Positions 1 to 15,400 of a stretch of DNA of 64,000 bases are shown here, piece by piece (position 1 is the stretch's first letter; each line of letters starts with the position of its first letter). A program made the translations under genes and the position numbers. Origin of the DNA: Tubiluchus corallicola (Eukaryota > Animalia > Priapulida); contig JAQGDQ010002373.1 of the NCBI GenBank assembly GCA_030141605.1, positions 405,921 to 469,920 on the forward strand, given 5' to 3'. The notes beneath the pieces are model-generated. The model ran no database searches, was not told the DNA's origin, and was given only the letters and a program-made list of their open reading frames with translations.

Positions 1-294
1 AAATAGGACTGTCAAATGCATAAAAGAAGTATTAACAATTTCATTTAAAGTTTAAATTCAATTCGTACGTGTGAGTTAATTTGCACGTGTTCCATATACG
101 TTTTGCTTATTTTAGCTGGAGTTAGACATTTGGATTCACGTTTAATAATAGTGATCAGCATAGTGATCCAGGTCCTTATATATCATTATGAGTCCAATAT
201 TGTTATTTTTGCACCCATCATATAAAGTGCATATTATTCCACCCTACATAGTACATATTTCTGTGTATCAGACAAAGATAAGAGTTGAGCTTAC

Positions 295-422
295 CTACTA
301 GCAGTGCATGCCCATCATCCTGTTTTAGAATTCTACTAATGCGGCTGATGTGCTCAATAGCAAATTTAAACATAACTAGTGGCATTTGTGTTTTACTGGA
401 GGAATTATAATCATCTAGATAC
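295..422 (-). CDS. DNAH3: Dynein heavy chain exon 47 (start of AAA4)
   Basis: [42 protein letters not shown](G). Confidence 0.94.
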
Positions 423-3400
423 CTAGATACAATGAAATAACAGTCAGCATAAATAAACAGAAAAAAATGAGTATTCTGTAGACAGCGTTCATATTGTTAT
501 AGAAAATGAATGCTACTGTGGCAGCTTAACATGAAATTTTAATGGAAATAGTCAGATAAAGTGTTTGCATCTTAATCAGGAAATTAACATGTCCCTTATA
601 AATTAATACTAATTAAATTAATTTCACATTATTAATTAATAATAAGTTTCAAATCAACTATTAGTTAAATTTTTGAAATAAAGATAAATCAAAAAAATTA
701 ATTTTAACATAATAGTTACTGAATAAGAATTTGTGCCAAGCCTCTTTTGGAAACACAGAAGCTCATCGTCACAATGACAGGTTCTCTGCTAGTTTTTAGC
801 TCCGCTTGTATTCTATACTATTAGCTAAACCATTTCATCTACAGTAGCAGATATATAACTAATTTGTACTAGAGTACTTACTAGTTTTTTACACAAATTA
901 TAATTTTTTTTACATTACATTTAATATTAAATTAAAAACAAAAGCAGAAAGGACAAACAAATATTGTCCAATGATTATATTGTAAGCAAGTGAAGTTGAT
1001 ATATGCAAAAGCAAACAAGAATTACACATACTGTTCCATTAAGGAAATCAATGCATTGAGGTCAGTCACTTCGTCATACAATTTTGGTTCAGTTGGATCG
1101 TTACTTGGATGCAGATAGTCGCCAAACATCAGACTCCTCACATCATCATCAGTGACACATTGGTTTTCCACAGCTAAGTGGCCAAGAAGTCGGTCAATGT
1201 TTGCACGGAAATACGTATCACAAGCTTTCTGAACAATGTCAAAAAACTGCAATCTGTATAAAACGATTAACTTAGTCAAGAAACACATTAATGCAGTAAA
1301 ATTCATGAAACCATAATAATTGTTTGCAAAATGTTACCCAGTTGCATGTCCTAACTAAATGCCTAAAATTCCCTACGAATGGAATTCACAAAAAAAAAAC
1401 GAAAGCTACACTGAAATATGTAAAAAATATGTGTGACTATAAGTAGTATTATAAACTAGAAAAAAGTGCAAGCTATTTTTTTGCAAACTAGACTTTAAAG
1501 CTTTTACGAATTGGTATTTATGTGAAACACTACATTCCAAGCAAATTACATAAGGTTTAAAGATTTTCAAAAATATCTGGTTTTATTTCACAGTAAGGCA
1601 AGATTGAGATTTTACGTTAATTCAATACACATAGTACCATATTACATCTATTTACAACACACATAAAATTATTTGTAAAACAGATTAAACTTATTAACTA
1701 AAAATCTAAAATGCATATTAAAAGTACCATGCCTAAAAATTTACACCTTAAAATCATCATATAATATCTTTTGACAGTTGTTAAAAATAGTGACTCAAAT
1801 AACGCATCAGAGTTTATACAACCACTAATCATAATGTCATTTTCATCAGCAAGAAAGCAATTTCTTAAGCTGTAGCAGCTCTTCCTCATTAATATGTTAA
1901 AGTGTGGAACCTTATTAAGCGCACATATATAAGACGCTCTCGTACCTAATTAATTCTACTAGGAGCAACATTATATGCCGATTTGAGCATCGCAATATTA
2001 TATCTATAGGATATACGATAGGAAATACTATAGGATATTCATATGCTGCTACGAAAAATTCCTATGAAATACGATTTGAACAAAATACTTGTTATTTCTT
2101 TTGTGCTATAATGCATAATTTATTACTTCATGAATTAGCATTTGCTTAAAATAATCTGACTGGTCACCACTATAATAATCAGATAATATGTGCCACAGAT
2201 ATTTTTCACTTTTAATGACATTAATTGGTTAAGAAAAACTTTTCCAGCTACAATATTTCGAATCTTTTTGGGGATAAAGTATAGACATTTGGTTTTTGAC
2301 ACATTAAACAAAGTGCTGTGAGAGTTCCACAATAATGTACTATATTAATAATGATATTATTGGATACAAGAAACTTCAAATTTGTCAGCACATTCTGTTA
2401 CATTAGTGGGCAGGTAATACTAGGTGATAACCCGAGTGAAAATAAGTGACAAAAGTAAATGGTGTTTTTCATTAGTTAATCATTAATACAAGAGTGGGAA
2501 CAGCTAAATTACTAACAATATCTAGTGCTTTATGGTTTTATAAATTTAGCACCTATCATCAAACAAAGCCGACATGCTGTTGTAAAGAACAATCTTGACT
2601 AAACATTAGTGTAATATATGCACCAGTAAATGTTTGCATCTTGCTTTATTCTCAAAATTCGTGAACACTTCCAGGATGGACTTACTGTTTACTATACTTT
2701 TATTAAATTTTACGGTTTACAGTATTCATAAAAAAGGCCATCTTAATGCATGGGCAGTTGCTCGGGGGCCCCATGCTAATCTATGTATATCAATACGTGA
2801 CTTGCTGTCAATGTTTAAATTTTTGTTTTTCAAGGCTCATGTTATATTGTTCAAATGTTTGTGTTGATTAATCTTTCCTGTACAGCATGTTTTTTAATGT
2901 TTAAACACAGATTTTGTTGGAAGTACCAAAATAAATTTTTAATTTTATCAACCAGTAAAATTTTTACACCTGTGAGTGTATTTTATTGTGTTGTATCTTT
3001 TTTTATTATTATTGTGTTAATTTGTTATGGCTAACATAAATAAATATCAAATAAATAAAAAAATATTAGTAGGTAGGGCCTCATTGCACTGCTTTGCTTG
3101 GGGGCCTATAATGTTGTTGAGACGGCTCTGTTTATAAATTAAATTATGTAAATCAACTTTTATAAACATTGTTCATGCTTTAACTAAGAGGCAAAACTAA
3201 GACAAACTCATTCCTTTAAAATAAGTCCACTAAAACAACTAAAAATAGTTAAAAACTAACAAATTTACTACTTCACTTTCAAGTTACCTTCGTAGTGTTA
3301 GGTGATAACTGAGGTACACATCTCCAAGTAATGTTAGTAAGAAGTGAGCCTTATTTAAACAATGAAATTAGACTTCTACCTGTCTGCATCATCTATCAGT

Positions 3401-6400
3401 CGATCGTAGAAAACACGGTAAACTTCATGCACCCAAAGACGAACCAGCTTGTTACCCTCACTCATCCTTGAGCTGTCCACAAGCACAATTCCACGTATGA
3501 TTCGTGAGAAGTCTCGGAGATTGAACACATAATGCGACTTTGATGGAGTTGGCAAAAAGTTAAGAGTTGCTTGTTTGTAGACGTACATAGTGGCTTGAAT
3601 TAGCATCTGTCAAAATTAACACAAAACATGAGCACATAATACGATTTTTTTTGCTTCTTATACAATACGTACATGAGATAAAATCTGTTTGAAACAACTT
3701 GTCTCACCCTGCACGAACTTTTGCCTAACTGCGCACTTGATTAAAAGTTGTTTTACAAAGTTTGGTGCACAGATTTTTATTAAACAAGCTTTACTTTCTA
3801 TTTCAGACAGACAAACCCATCTCGCTCTCATGTGCAGGCTCGGTACAACAATTTGCACTAGACAAAGCCGAATCAGACCAATAAATAGCAATGATTTTAT
3901 AACTAGTAAATGTTTACTGTAGTTAAGCTATTCATTATGTGGTTGCGCAGATTTTAATGAGATGGTTTGTGTCAGATAGATTTTTCCGACATGCAACTAG
4001 TATAAGCTAGAAGTTACTTTCGAAATAATGATGTCAATAAATGTGAAATGAATCAAATTTCGTAATCGCAAAAAAACTTCGAAAGTTGTTCCACCTATGT
4101 AAACAAGATGTGCAAAATATGATAATTAATTTACATATTATATTAAATGCAAAGTATTCGTGTTTATATTCAGTATTTAAAGAAAAAGGTAAATGTCGCC
4201 TAATAAATACAGAAGCAAGCAAAAATTATTGTAAAAAAAACACTTTTCAGCATCTAATTGCCAGCAGGCTTTGCAAAGTTCATGTTGTTTTAAAATGGAC
4301 AAAAACTCTGTACACTAGATTGTTTACATGCAATTGCTGTAAATGTGTTCAATTGTGCTAACACTCCCCTCTGTAACATTGGTTTACATAGTACATCTGT
4401 ACTGTTATGAATAAAATAGCTTATTTTGGCTAAATTCGTGCAGTTCTGGTGTTTCCTGTTAGCGAGTTTACAAATGTAATACAACTGAATTTACAATAAT
4501 GCAAGAAAAAGGTTACAAAAAGATGATTATATACCTTTCCAAGTCGGCGAAACAATGAATCAAACCCTCGTGCAAAGTGCCAGTCTATGATCATGCCAAA
4601 TATACGAGACATTGTTTCATCATTAAATTCATCTATGGAAATGATATTCATGTGTCGTATGAACCTGCTTGAGACCTCATTTCTACCCCCACCGGGAGGA
4701 CCCATTGCATAGACAAATGCCTGTAAATTAAGTCAGTAAAAGCTTCACTAGCTCTACATGGTAAAAACAGCAAGTCACCAACAGTTTCCCATAGAATCGT
4801 TTAGGTTCTATTGTACAAGTCTTTTCACAGTTTTGCTGTGTGCATGAGCAGTTGCGGTCGGCCAAATGATAAGTGATGCCCCAGCAATACGTCTTAACTA
4901 CAACCACGACGTGACATGTGGGTAAAGCAAATCTGTCTACCACATCAGTTCAGTAACTTCAGTTGCGACGTTATTTCCTTATTGTTTTACATGGATTTAA
5001 TTAGCATTAGTCTGTGCGATGTAGAATGACTTGCTAGTAGGATCTTGCTTATGAACAAGAAAAATGAACTAGGTAAGGTTTTAGCTAGCTGTTAAAATTG
5101 ATATTATTACAATAACATGGGCTTGCAAGGCGTTATCAAGTGTACACAAATGCGTTGTCTGGTTCACTTAACCTTTGACCTTTTTATGATCATCATCGAT
5201 CGCTGGAATTGTGAAAAGGCTTATTACATTGCTAAGAACATAATTGTTTTACTGATCCCAGTTTTGCGGAATGCATATAAAGTGGTTTATGGAATACTGT
5301 AATTTTTTCAGTACTTACAACATCTGCAAGTCGAAGCTCACTCGTATCTTTTCTATCAAACCAGTGACCATGGTCCATCATCTAAATGCACAAAACACAT
5401 TAGTGAAAAATTAACATAAAAAATAGCAGCTGCTATTTTCACAAATGCGAATGTTATATCTCAAACTGTATCTAGATGCAGTTTTATATTAAATATTACA
5501 AAGAGAAGCTAATAACATATAGTAATTCTTAAAAACTAACAGTTGCAATAAGGTTGTAGTTGATGTGAAAATTTAAAAAAGTTCAGATTGCTATTCATTA
5601 TATGATTCCCATACTTTTAAAAGACATCTATAAAGGCAATGATGGTATTCATTGCAAGTTTACAAAAGGTTAAGCTACAAATTTACAATAGCAGTTTCCT
5701 TCAAAAATTTTGCAAATACCTGCAGTTACAGTTCCACAGACTTGAAAAGCTTTTTTACCTAACAGAACTAAGTTTGTGCAAATTAAATTTTCTTCTACTA
5801 ACCTAGCTTAATTTGACAAAAAACTTTCCCTGTCCCAAGGGATTCACATTGTTGCAAATGTACATCACATCAATAAACTATAAACAGTATCCTAACAATT
5901 ATCCATACAAAATGGTAGTTGGGCAGCTAGTGCTAAAGCTTGGCCATCTTAACAGCATTATATGCCCTCGGGCAAAACAATGCACTACCTACACAACCAT
6001 TCACAGGAATATAGATGTAAATGGTCGATAAAATTAAACGTATAATTTTATTGTATTGGAACGTATAAACAAAATCAATGTTTAAACATTAAAAAACATG
6101 CGGTACAGCAAAGATAAGCAACACATAACAAATAACACGGAATACTTGTACAATACAACAAGAGCCTTGAAAAACACGAAAATTCCAACACATAAATGAT
6201 ACTCAATTAGTAAACCACGCAGACGGAGATGGCAAAGTATGAGATTACTACAAATTATTTATTATTAATCAAACGTTCAACACAATTCAGTTATAATTGG
6301 CTTGAAGTCAATGGTCTTCAGGATGTCATTATTCATGAGTGAAAGCCAGTTCAAATGCTGCTGCCTCACTGTGCTACAAAGCTGATTTTTTTAAAGTTTC

Positions 6401-9400
6401 AGTCTTGAAAATGAATACCATTCACGTGAACTCTCTAAGTGCAATTTCAGCATTGGGAAACACAGATTTCAAGTCATCCGACATTATTTTTCTGTACAAT
6501 GTAGGGAGAGAGTGGTAGACACAATTTATATTTAGTATAGTGCACAGTATTTATTTATTGACAGCAAGTCACAATACATATAGACTAGAATAGGGCTCCT
6601 GTACTTGTGAGGCCAAGGCAACTGCCTACTGTGCCCATGCATTGACAGCCATGTGCTAAAGTATTGTAGATGGCACATTGAGCTATACACATGTTTTGGA
6701 TGTTACTTTAATGAACTAAAGTAAAGCTAATAATTAAATATAAGCTACCTGTCTAAGAAGCTCTATTGGAGGTTGGGCTCCATATTTTTCTTTAGCTGGC
6801 ATATTAACGTCATCAACAAATACAATCATCTTTTTACCAACAGGGGGAGCAAACAAACCTTTACGGCGCCTGGTAAGAAAATAAAAAGATATATGACTTG
6901 TTAGCAAGAGTGTGACTTTCCTTAAATTAATGTATCAGAAAAAATCAAATGTTGTTGGGCTGGTAACCAAATAAAGAAAATGAGTTTAAATGGCAGATTG
7001 AAATTTTAACTATGTGCAAAATGCAAAAATGACTTTCATTTACCTCTACCAGATTGCTGCTGTATATGTCTTCAGCCTTCTGGAATTTTTCACAGCTGGT
7101 AATCTGACTGACTTCAATTATTAGTGTTCAGTCATAAGTTATAAGTAATTTATTTCATCTAACACATTTACAATAATTTTGTGTACAAATATAGTGAAAG
7201 GGCCTACAATAAACATTTTTTTACTGTTTCTGTAATAAGAAAAGCATCACACTATGTTTGCCTTATATAAATGAATTGTGGGCAATCAAAAATGTCGTAA
7301 ACTATTCATGACCGTTTATTGTACATAATTTTAACATTATTCAGGAAAAATTAATTTATTATATTGATTTAAGCAGATCTTTTTCCACTTGAGATTTGGC
7401 CAAATTAACTATTTAAGTGCCCATCCCAATTACAGCCAACACAAAATAAGTTGCTGAAAACTTTAGTGGTGTGATTAAAATCTGTACAGCATTTATGTAA
7501 GTGAAGATCTAGTGGGAAATCTGTGTGTTTGTACAAGATTCAAGATTTTGCAAAAGTACAAGCTTCACTAGGGTTGATATAGGTTTTGGATTGCAAAGAA
7601 GGCTGGATTATGATCTTATGGTGCCCCTAGGCCAAGAAAATTATGCAGCCCCCTCAGATGGAGCCACTCCTTACCCTGCTCATCTTGAATATTCGTTCTT
7701 GTGATAAATTTTAGCGACATCTAAATAGGTGGAGGCTCATATATCAAATAAAGGACCTCGAGCTAGGACACTTTATCTCAAATAAATGGCCTCAACCAAG
7801 AGTCCTTTATCTCAAAGGTGCCACTTTTTTAAAATTGAGTTTTCAGACTTTTTGACGTTTTTTACAGTTGAAATTTTATTTAAGTCATATGACTTATTCA
7901 GCAATGCAAAATATGCCCCCCCCCCCACGCTCGAGGGGCCCTAGGCTGCAACCTATACTAACCTATAGAGTAATCCCGTCCTGATTGCAAGTTAACCTAC
8001 ACTGTAAGCTATTTCAGTTAGAAGTTGAATCTCAAGTGGGAGATATTTCAACATCAAAACAGTACTAGCTCCAAACAAAACTAAATAACTATTTGTTAAT
8101 AAAAAATGGCTAGCGTAAAATATAAATAAACACAATACCTGTCCAGCTTGGACATTATAATGTCCTGAGTTTGCTCGGAAGATGTCCTCGCAGAAAAATT
8201 AATGCAGTTTGGCAAAAACCTAAAAAAATTATGTACCAGGTAACAGCATTAAGATTCCACTGACCTAAGAATGGATGGATAAAAGAAATCTTGTAAAATG
8301 TTGCCCTTCATATACTAAACATTAAATGTAAACAATTCAAGCAGCACTGAATGCAAAATATGATTGGGTTTCAAAAAGTAGTTTAGACATTGCTGATAAC
8401 AATATCATTAAAATTATCGCTTAACATTAAAAGTACCTTCAGCGTTGTTTTCAGAATACTTGTTAACTTAATAACTAGTTCTCAGCATGGTGACAATGTG
8501 GCTAAAGATATCACCTCTCGAACGTTTTTAAAAGATCAGACGTGTATGGCGTGATTCAACTTAAATTCTTAATTTAGCAGAGAGCAAAATCTTAAATTCA
8601 AATAACATCCTCTCTTACCAAATCTTACAAACTTTTTTGTGCATTACTTTATAATTTCGGACCGGATTTTGATTTTGTAAGCTTTTGGGCTACAGATACT
8701 GTGAGGCCCCAGCCCCTTGTGACAAATAACAAAAGCAAGACTGTTGAAATGTTTAAACTAGTTCATTCAATTTCAATAACATAATGCCAACACTAGCCCC
8801 ACATAAACGGATGCAAGATTAACACAACAAAAAAGAGAAGAAATATTCTAATATTTAAAAAAATTTAAATAAGTTTTTGAAATATTAAATAACATTACGT
8901 ACAAATTACAATAAATATTAACAATAACCTATATGATAAAATATACTACGAATAGTACTAAATAACTTTTCACTGTAAATTAATTTCACTTAATGTCTGG
9001 AGGCCCATGGGCTGCAGCCCATAAAGCCTATGCCTTAATCCGGCATGGACTTTATTCAGTATGAACATAAAAATTGCTCTTGTCTGCGAAGTTAGTAAAA
9101 GCATTTGATGTAACTAAAATGCTACTTACTTTTCTTTCGGCAAAGTCACAAGAAAATTGTTAACTGTAGCCGATTTACCAGTTCCTGTTGGACCCAGAAA
9201 TAGCAAAGGCACATTGCTATTCAGTAGGTAGGTGTTAAGAAAAAACACCTGTCGTGATGTATCATCAGTAGGAATAATCAGTTCACTTACCTGTAAAAAA
9301 GCAGACTCTGATAACTCACACCTGCTATAATGATCAAAATGTGCTGGTGCAAACTTGACTTGGTGAGCCTTCTTTAGGCTGCCCTTCTTACTTTCCTGTC

Positions 9401-12400
9401 ACTCACAGGGACTCATATGAAAAGGTCACACTAATCACGCATAATACAAAAACGTCCAAATAGACCACAGTCGACAACTCAGTTATTTTTTGCAACACTC
9501 AGTAAAAGGCCCGTGTCACACACAGGAATCACACTGAAGTTGACTTATGAATTATGCATTTACTTTGAGTGGTCTTTACATTGTATTATTTACACTTGAT
9601 ATGTATGTTGTATATGTATAGCATTACGCCAAACAATAATTCTTCTTTCTATCTGTCCATTTATTCATCCATAACTGTTCCGTAATTCCTAACTGTTCAG
9701 CATTTTAAAGTTTCATAAACAAATTGTTTTTTACACAGAGCAAAGCATCAGTCTTTTTGACTCACTTAAATTAAATTAAACAAAGTTAATCCAAATCACT
9801 TGTTTCAACGAACGAAAGGTTCATGGAACTGTCATTGTTTAAACCAAACAATACATACTTTAGCATTGGCAGGTATGCTATTGGCTGTAAAATCCTGGAT
9901 GTTTGTCCATGGTACCCAATTTCCGCTAGCAGTGTTAAACCTGTGATCAAAAACTGTGCCTTTTGATGGAAACATCAAGTTCTGAAAGTAATCGAAGATT
10001 CAGATGTATTACAGCACACCTCAGCAATCAATGCACCAGGACAGCTCATTAGTAGTAGCTGTAATAAAAAAATTATAATGGCATTCAGGGAACAGACTTT
10101 TCAAAGCTGAAAGGGAAAACTTGTGATGTTTTAGCCATGCTCACACTTTAAAATGAGGCAAGAAATCCTACTACCCGACTTTGTCCAATTGTTTCACAGG
10201 CTTAGTGACTTCAGTGACTTTGTTTCCGTACTTAGGGCACGGGCACAACGAATGCTGGTTTTCGGTGCTCATACTACCTGCACTGATAAATGCAAGCAAG
10301 CTACCAGAATGTTCTATGACAATACATACAACCACACATGACAGACACCCATGCTAGTCTATGAGAGCTTGCTTCCCGAGCTTATAATATTATAAGAATG
10401 TACGATTTTTTCGCACTTTAAGCATGCTGGTAAATAATATAATCGTACGGTTGGCAGCCATTTTCTTCCTTTTACACAAATACTGAAGAAACAATTGGTT
10501 TTTGAACAACTGATATATAGAAACATATCAAACAAATTCTGTCTGCAGGTACAAAAAGAAAAAATTTTATGCAGCTGGAAATTGCTAAGGGCTTCTCATC
10601 TATTTTTTCTCCACATGCTTTAGCTGAAAAAAATTAATACTAGTACTCCCTAATTTCACGTTTCTGGGATAACATCAAAGTATAGGCAGGCTAAAAAAGT
10701 AAGGCATTTGCTCGCCTGTGTCTATTTATCTGTGTAACAGGATACATGGACAAAGTTATAGGCCTGTTCATTAAATTTGATATAGTGTAGCTCTTGGAAG
10801 GACCTGGAAACCCACTATATTTTGCTCTAAATGTCAAAAGTCGAGGTCACATGGTCAATAATAAATTTTCCCCATGGTGACTTTATGAGAATGCATGGAT
10901 TTGTACCTCTATTGAGGGTTCTCACACTAGTTTTTTCTCTGCTGTTTACAAGTGCTTATAATATAAGTGTGATTTTACAAGCTTTCATTGTGTTCGCACC
11001 CTTATGCAGCATACACACTGCCACTTTATGAAATCATCGTGATAATGGGGCATCGACGTAAATGAACGCTAAGTGTGTACATACCATGATCACATCAAAA
11101 TTAAATATGCGTAATTTTTTCACGATACACTGTTAATGCATGACTGTGAGAAATGACGATGTTGCTTCACATCGTTATAAAGTAACAGTGTGTATACCAA
11201 TTTAAACCAGTATAATTTATTTACACTGTATAAGCAGGCAATGTGAACTCATTTTTTCTCCTGGTAGCAGAGTTCACCCTTTTAATTTTTTAATAAATAA
11301 AAATTGTTTACAAGTTTCTGATTTTCATTATTATATGGAAGACAGTAACAGTCTACACAGTTTGCAATTTAAAATAATCATTTTTTGTTAATTAGTGAGA
11401 GCTCAGTGTTTGTTTTTAGTGTGCTAAAAAGTCTACACTTTCGCTTTTTTTATTTTTTAGCATTATTCTCATTTTATCTCATATTAAACTTATATACAGT
11501 GCATCAACACAGCGCATAACTGTAATTCTTTATAAACATCGAAGCACTTTAAACTAACTAGAATCTTTAGCTGTTTTCACCTTAGGCAATTTAAAACAAT
11601 GTGGTTTCTCCGCTATAGCTCCAGAGAGCAAAGAACGAAAGAACTCATCAAATTTATGTCTGCTATTATTGTCCAATGTTCCAGCTACTGTCCACACTAC
11701 AGAGAATATGAAAAATATCTGCAAAAACAGTGTCACCTGGAAAACAAAAGCACTTTCTTTACAATTTAATTTGTGTTTAAATAACAAATGAAAACTACTT
11801 CAGGCAGAAGAACTTGACCGATACAACTTCTCAAGTAGTAAGACAATGCTGTCACAATGTTCTCACAATATTTTATGCAAATATTGAGATAATACAGAAA
11901 TGTGGACTTCCACAACATTGGAACTATATTTTTTGACAATATTTTTTTCAATATTGTGACAGTGTTGTGATGATATTGGTACCAATATTGAAACAATATT
12001 GTACCAATATTTTTTGACAATACTTTTTTCCATATTGTGACAATGTTGTTACCAATATGATCACAACATTGTCACAACATGGAAAAATATTGTCAAAAAT
12101 TATTGTACAAAAATTGGTACAATGTTTTGGCAAGTCCACATTTACAAATTGTCCCAATATTTGCAAAAATATTGTCACAACATTGTAATAACATATTTTG
12201 TGCCACCTGGATTACAGCAGCAAGAATTTCAGAATTTTTGGAAGTTTGTTAATCTTTGTAACATTATACAGACAACCCTCAAATGAAAAAAATTGGATAA
12301 TAAATTTCTTGCTGGAGAAGAAAGGAAGGAAAGGAAAACAGGACAACCTACTCTTCATGCCACTCAAAATTTCAGCCACTTATCTAAGTATTTGACAGTA

Positions 12401-15400
12401 CCATAAGATAACAAAGCTTAATAACATAACACAGGATGAACAAAAACAATTTTTACCAAAGTCTTGCAGAATGCACAGAATAAGCCACAAAATAAAATGA
12501 AACAGACACATTTTGTCTACTAATAACCTGTGTAAAGGTGGATCAGTGTCATTCTTGCATCTTATTATCATTTTAACATCCGCAAAGGTATGACTCCATG
12601 TGTATGTAATGCGTGATGCGTGATCCGTAATGCGTATGCAACAGTTTATATTTAAACATGTAAGAGTGTTTCCATGTGTTAGTAATGAAAGAGTGCCGTG
12701 AGCTTTCTTAATAGCGTTTACAGACACACATACCTGAGCAGGGTTGACAGTGGTCACACTAGTCATTGAGCCCATGTCTACAGAATATGTGATATTCTCA
12801 ATCAGACAAGAAAACAGTCTCATTAAAGACTGCGCCAAATGGAGTTGTGACGTCTGGAGAAACAGGTTGCATTCGTGACGAACGAAATCAAAACATGACG
12901 GAACTAACCAATCAAATAGCTCATTAACAAGTTTTGCTTGCTCGATGCTGTATGCTTCCTTAAGCTTGTATATAAATGAATCCTTAAGTGGTTGCCAGCC
13001 CAACTGCAGCAAAAATTCAAGCTATACAGTTTCATTTAAAGAACGACAGGATGATTTTTCACATACTATCCCATTTTCAAGTACGATAAAAAATATACAT
13101 TTTAACAACAATAATACTGGAAAAGCATGATTGTGATAGTTAAACAATTATTTTAAAACCTTAACTAAAGTCGGCAAGGCCAACTATTGATGACATTACA
13201 AACGAACATATTTTCAACAGCAAAGTATTCCATGAGTGCATTGCACTTGTTTGCGAAAGTGAAGATTGAAGTATAGTGCTACCGTAAAAGATTCAGTGTG
13301 TTGTACTAAAACTCGATAAGTTTAAAGATAAAAATTCAAAATTTAAAATTTATGGACGTGCTCACGCATGAGCTGTTGAACGTGTGTACTATGTCACAAA
13401 CAAACACCTCTGAACCGAGAGGTTCAGCACCTTTTTTGTGAAACACATTTCCAAAATGCAGGCGCCAGTGCTCGCCTAGCTAGCAGTAAAGAACTAGCAG
13501 TGTGAACGTGAAATTGCATTTGAGTGGTAATAAGTATTTCACGTTTCAATATTTTAAAGAGTAGATTGTTTGACCAACATTTTAAGATTGTGTCTGGTTT
13601 TCCTTTGATTTATTTAAGCATAAGTCTGACAAATATACTTTCTTAGTATACTTACAAAATGATCAATAAAATGGCTAAAAATGCAGCAATTCTGAATTAT
13701 AAAGTGTAATACTGGATATAGAGTAAGACAAACATCCAAAGGCTGACATGTACCTCAGCTGGTTCCATGTATATCATGCCACACCTACTAACTGTAGCTG
13801 GTGATGCTTGCTCCAAATCTGCCGGTTCAAATATTAAATTCATCTTGTTATTCATTTGAATGATCTCTCCACTCATTAAACATAACTACAGCAAAAAAGT
13901 AAAAACCAAAATAAAAAAACATTGTTACAGTTTAGAAGCAAGAAAATCGTCAATGCAAAGCCAACTTGAAAAATTGATGCTCGTAAAAATTCAGCATTTA
14001 AAACTAGTGTGGGTTGGGAATAATATGAAGCAGAGTTGCTTTTACAAGGAATGTATGACAAAGAGAAGGTATTAGCATTTGGCAGATTTTACAATTTACA
14101 ACAGTTTAGCTTAAAATTGATTTGTGGACTCTCACATGATACTTGCTGTAAATCAATGGGCAAACAAGGTAGACTGTTCAGAGAACCAGAATTGTTGTTG
14201 TTATAACAAGTTTTACAAAAATCAATCAATCAAAACTTGTTCCTTATACTTGATAGCTTTGTTTACCTACGTTTACGATGTGGCAATAGTGAATTGGCAC
14301 ATTCTCTAGAGTGTTATACTTAATAATAATATGTGTATATTAAGATGTTTATTTGTTTAACAAGTATAATAAACATTACTTTGACAACACATGTGCAGTG
14401 CAGATCTTGCTTCAAATTATACAAAAAGGTTCAAAACAAACAAAACACTGAGTACAGGCATATAAATATACATGCATATTTAAAATAATAAACCAACACA
14501 CCATTTCACTATGTGCACGCACAGTCAAAGGTTAAGTGAACCCAGCGCATCTTACATACAACCGTCACATACGTACGTAACTACGGGTAAAATATGTGGC
14601 TATTTTTTTCCTATACTTGCTTGTATAACTCTAAACTAACAAGCAGCAGCAATCCATGTAAAATGAAATAAATGAAACGAAAATTAATGCCAAGAACTGT
14701 TACTATTACAATAGCATGGGCTTCAAGGCATTGTCAAGTGTAAACAAATGCGTTGTTTGGTTCAGATAATGTTGTAAGGTTCACTTAAGCTTTGATCTTT
14801 TTATGATCATCATCAATCACCAAAACTGTCAAAAGACTTATTGAAGACACAAGCTTCAAATTATACAAAAAGGCTAAAAGCAATCAAAAAACTCGATTCA
14901 TTCTACAACTCTTTGCTGTAATCTAAGTGATGATACTGGTACACAAATGCTTCATTAGTTTCTTGACTTGACTGCACACTATGACTAAATACCACATAAA
15001 CTAACATAGATGCAATACCTTTCTATTATCGTCCAATACTGTATTCATGTTCTCAATCCACACAGCGTCAACTGGACCATCGAATAAAATCCACTTTCTA
15101 TTTTCAGATGAGCTGCTGCTATACTGACGGAAAATGTTTGCCAATACTCCTGCAAAAACAACATAGCGTCTATATCAGTCTATTACATTAATAACGATTT
15201 CATAATGTGCAACAGTTAAATAAAAAAAATTGTTGGAGCATGTATGATATTAATTCTATTGTTAAAGTCAGAATGCATTAAAGACACACATATTCTATAA
15301 TTTCCCTCATAACGTTTTAATGTTTGTGATTATTCATTACTCACAACAACTAGCTCATCAAAGTAACAGTCAAAGTAAACAACTGATCAAACTAATGAAA

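Noticed and set aside
12380-12733. C-terminal extensions of ORF-track entries (e.g. 12380-13012) as novel dynein domains
   Set aside because: Read-through into introns past clear GT donors; dynein similarity stops at the donor.
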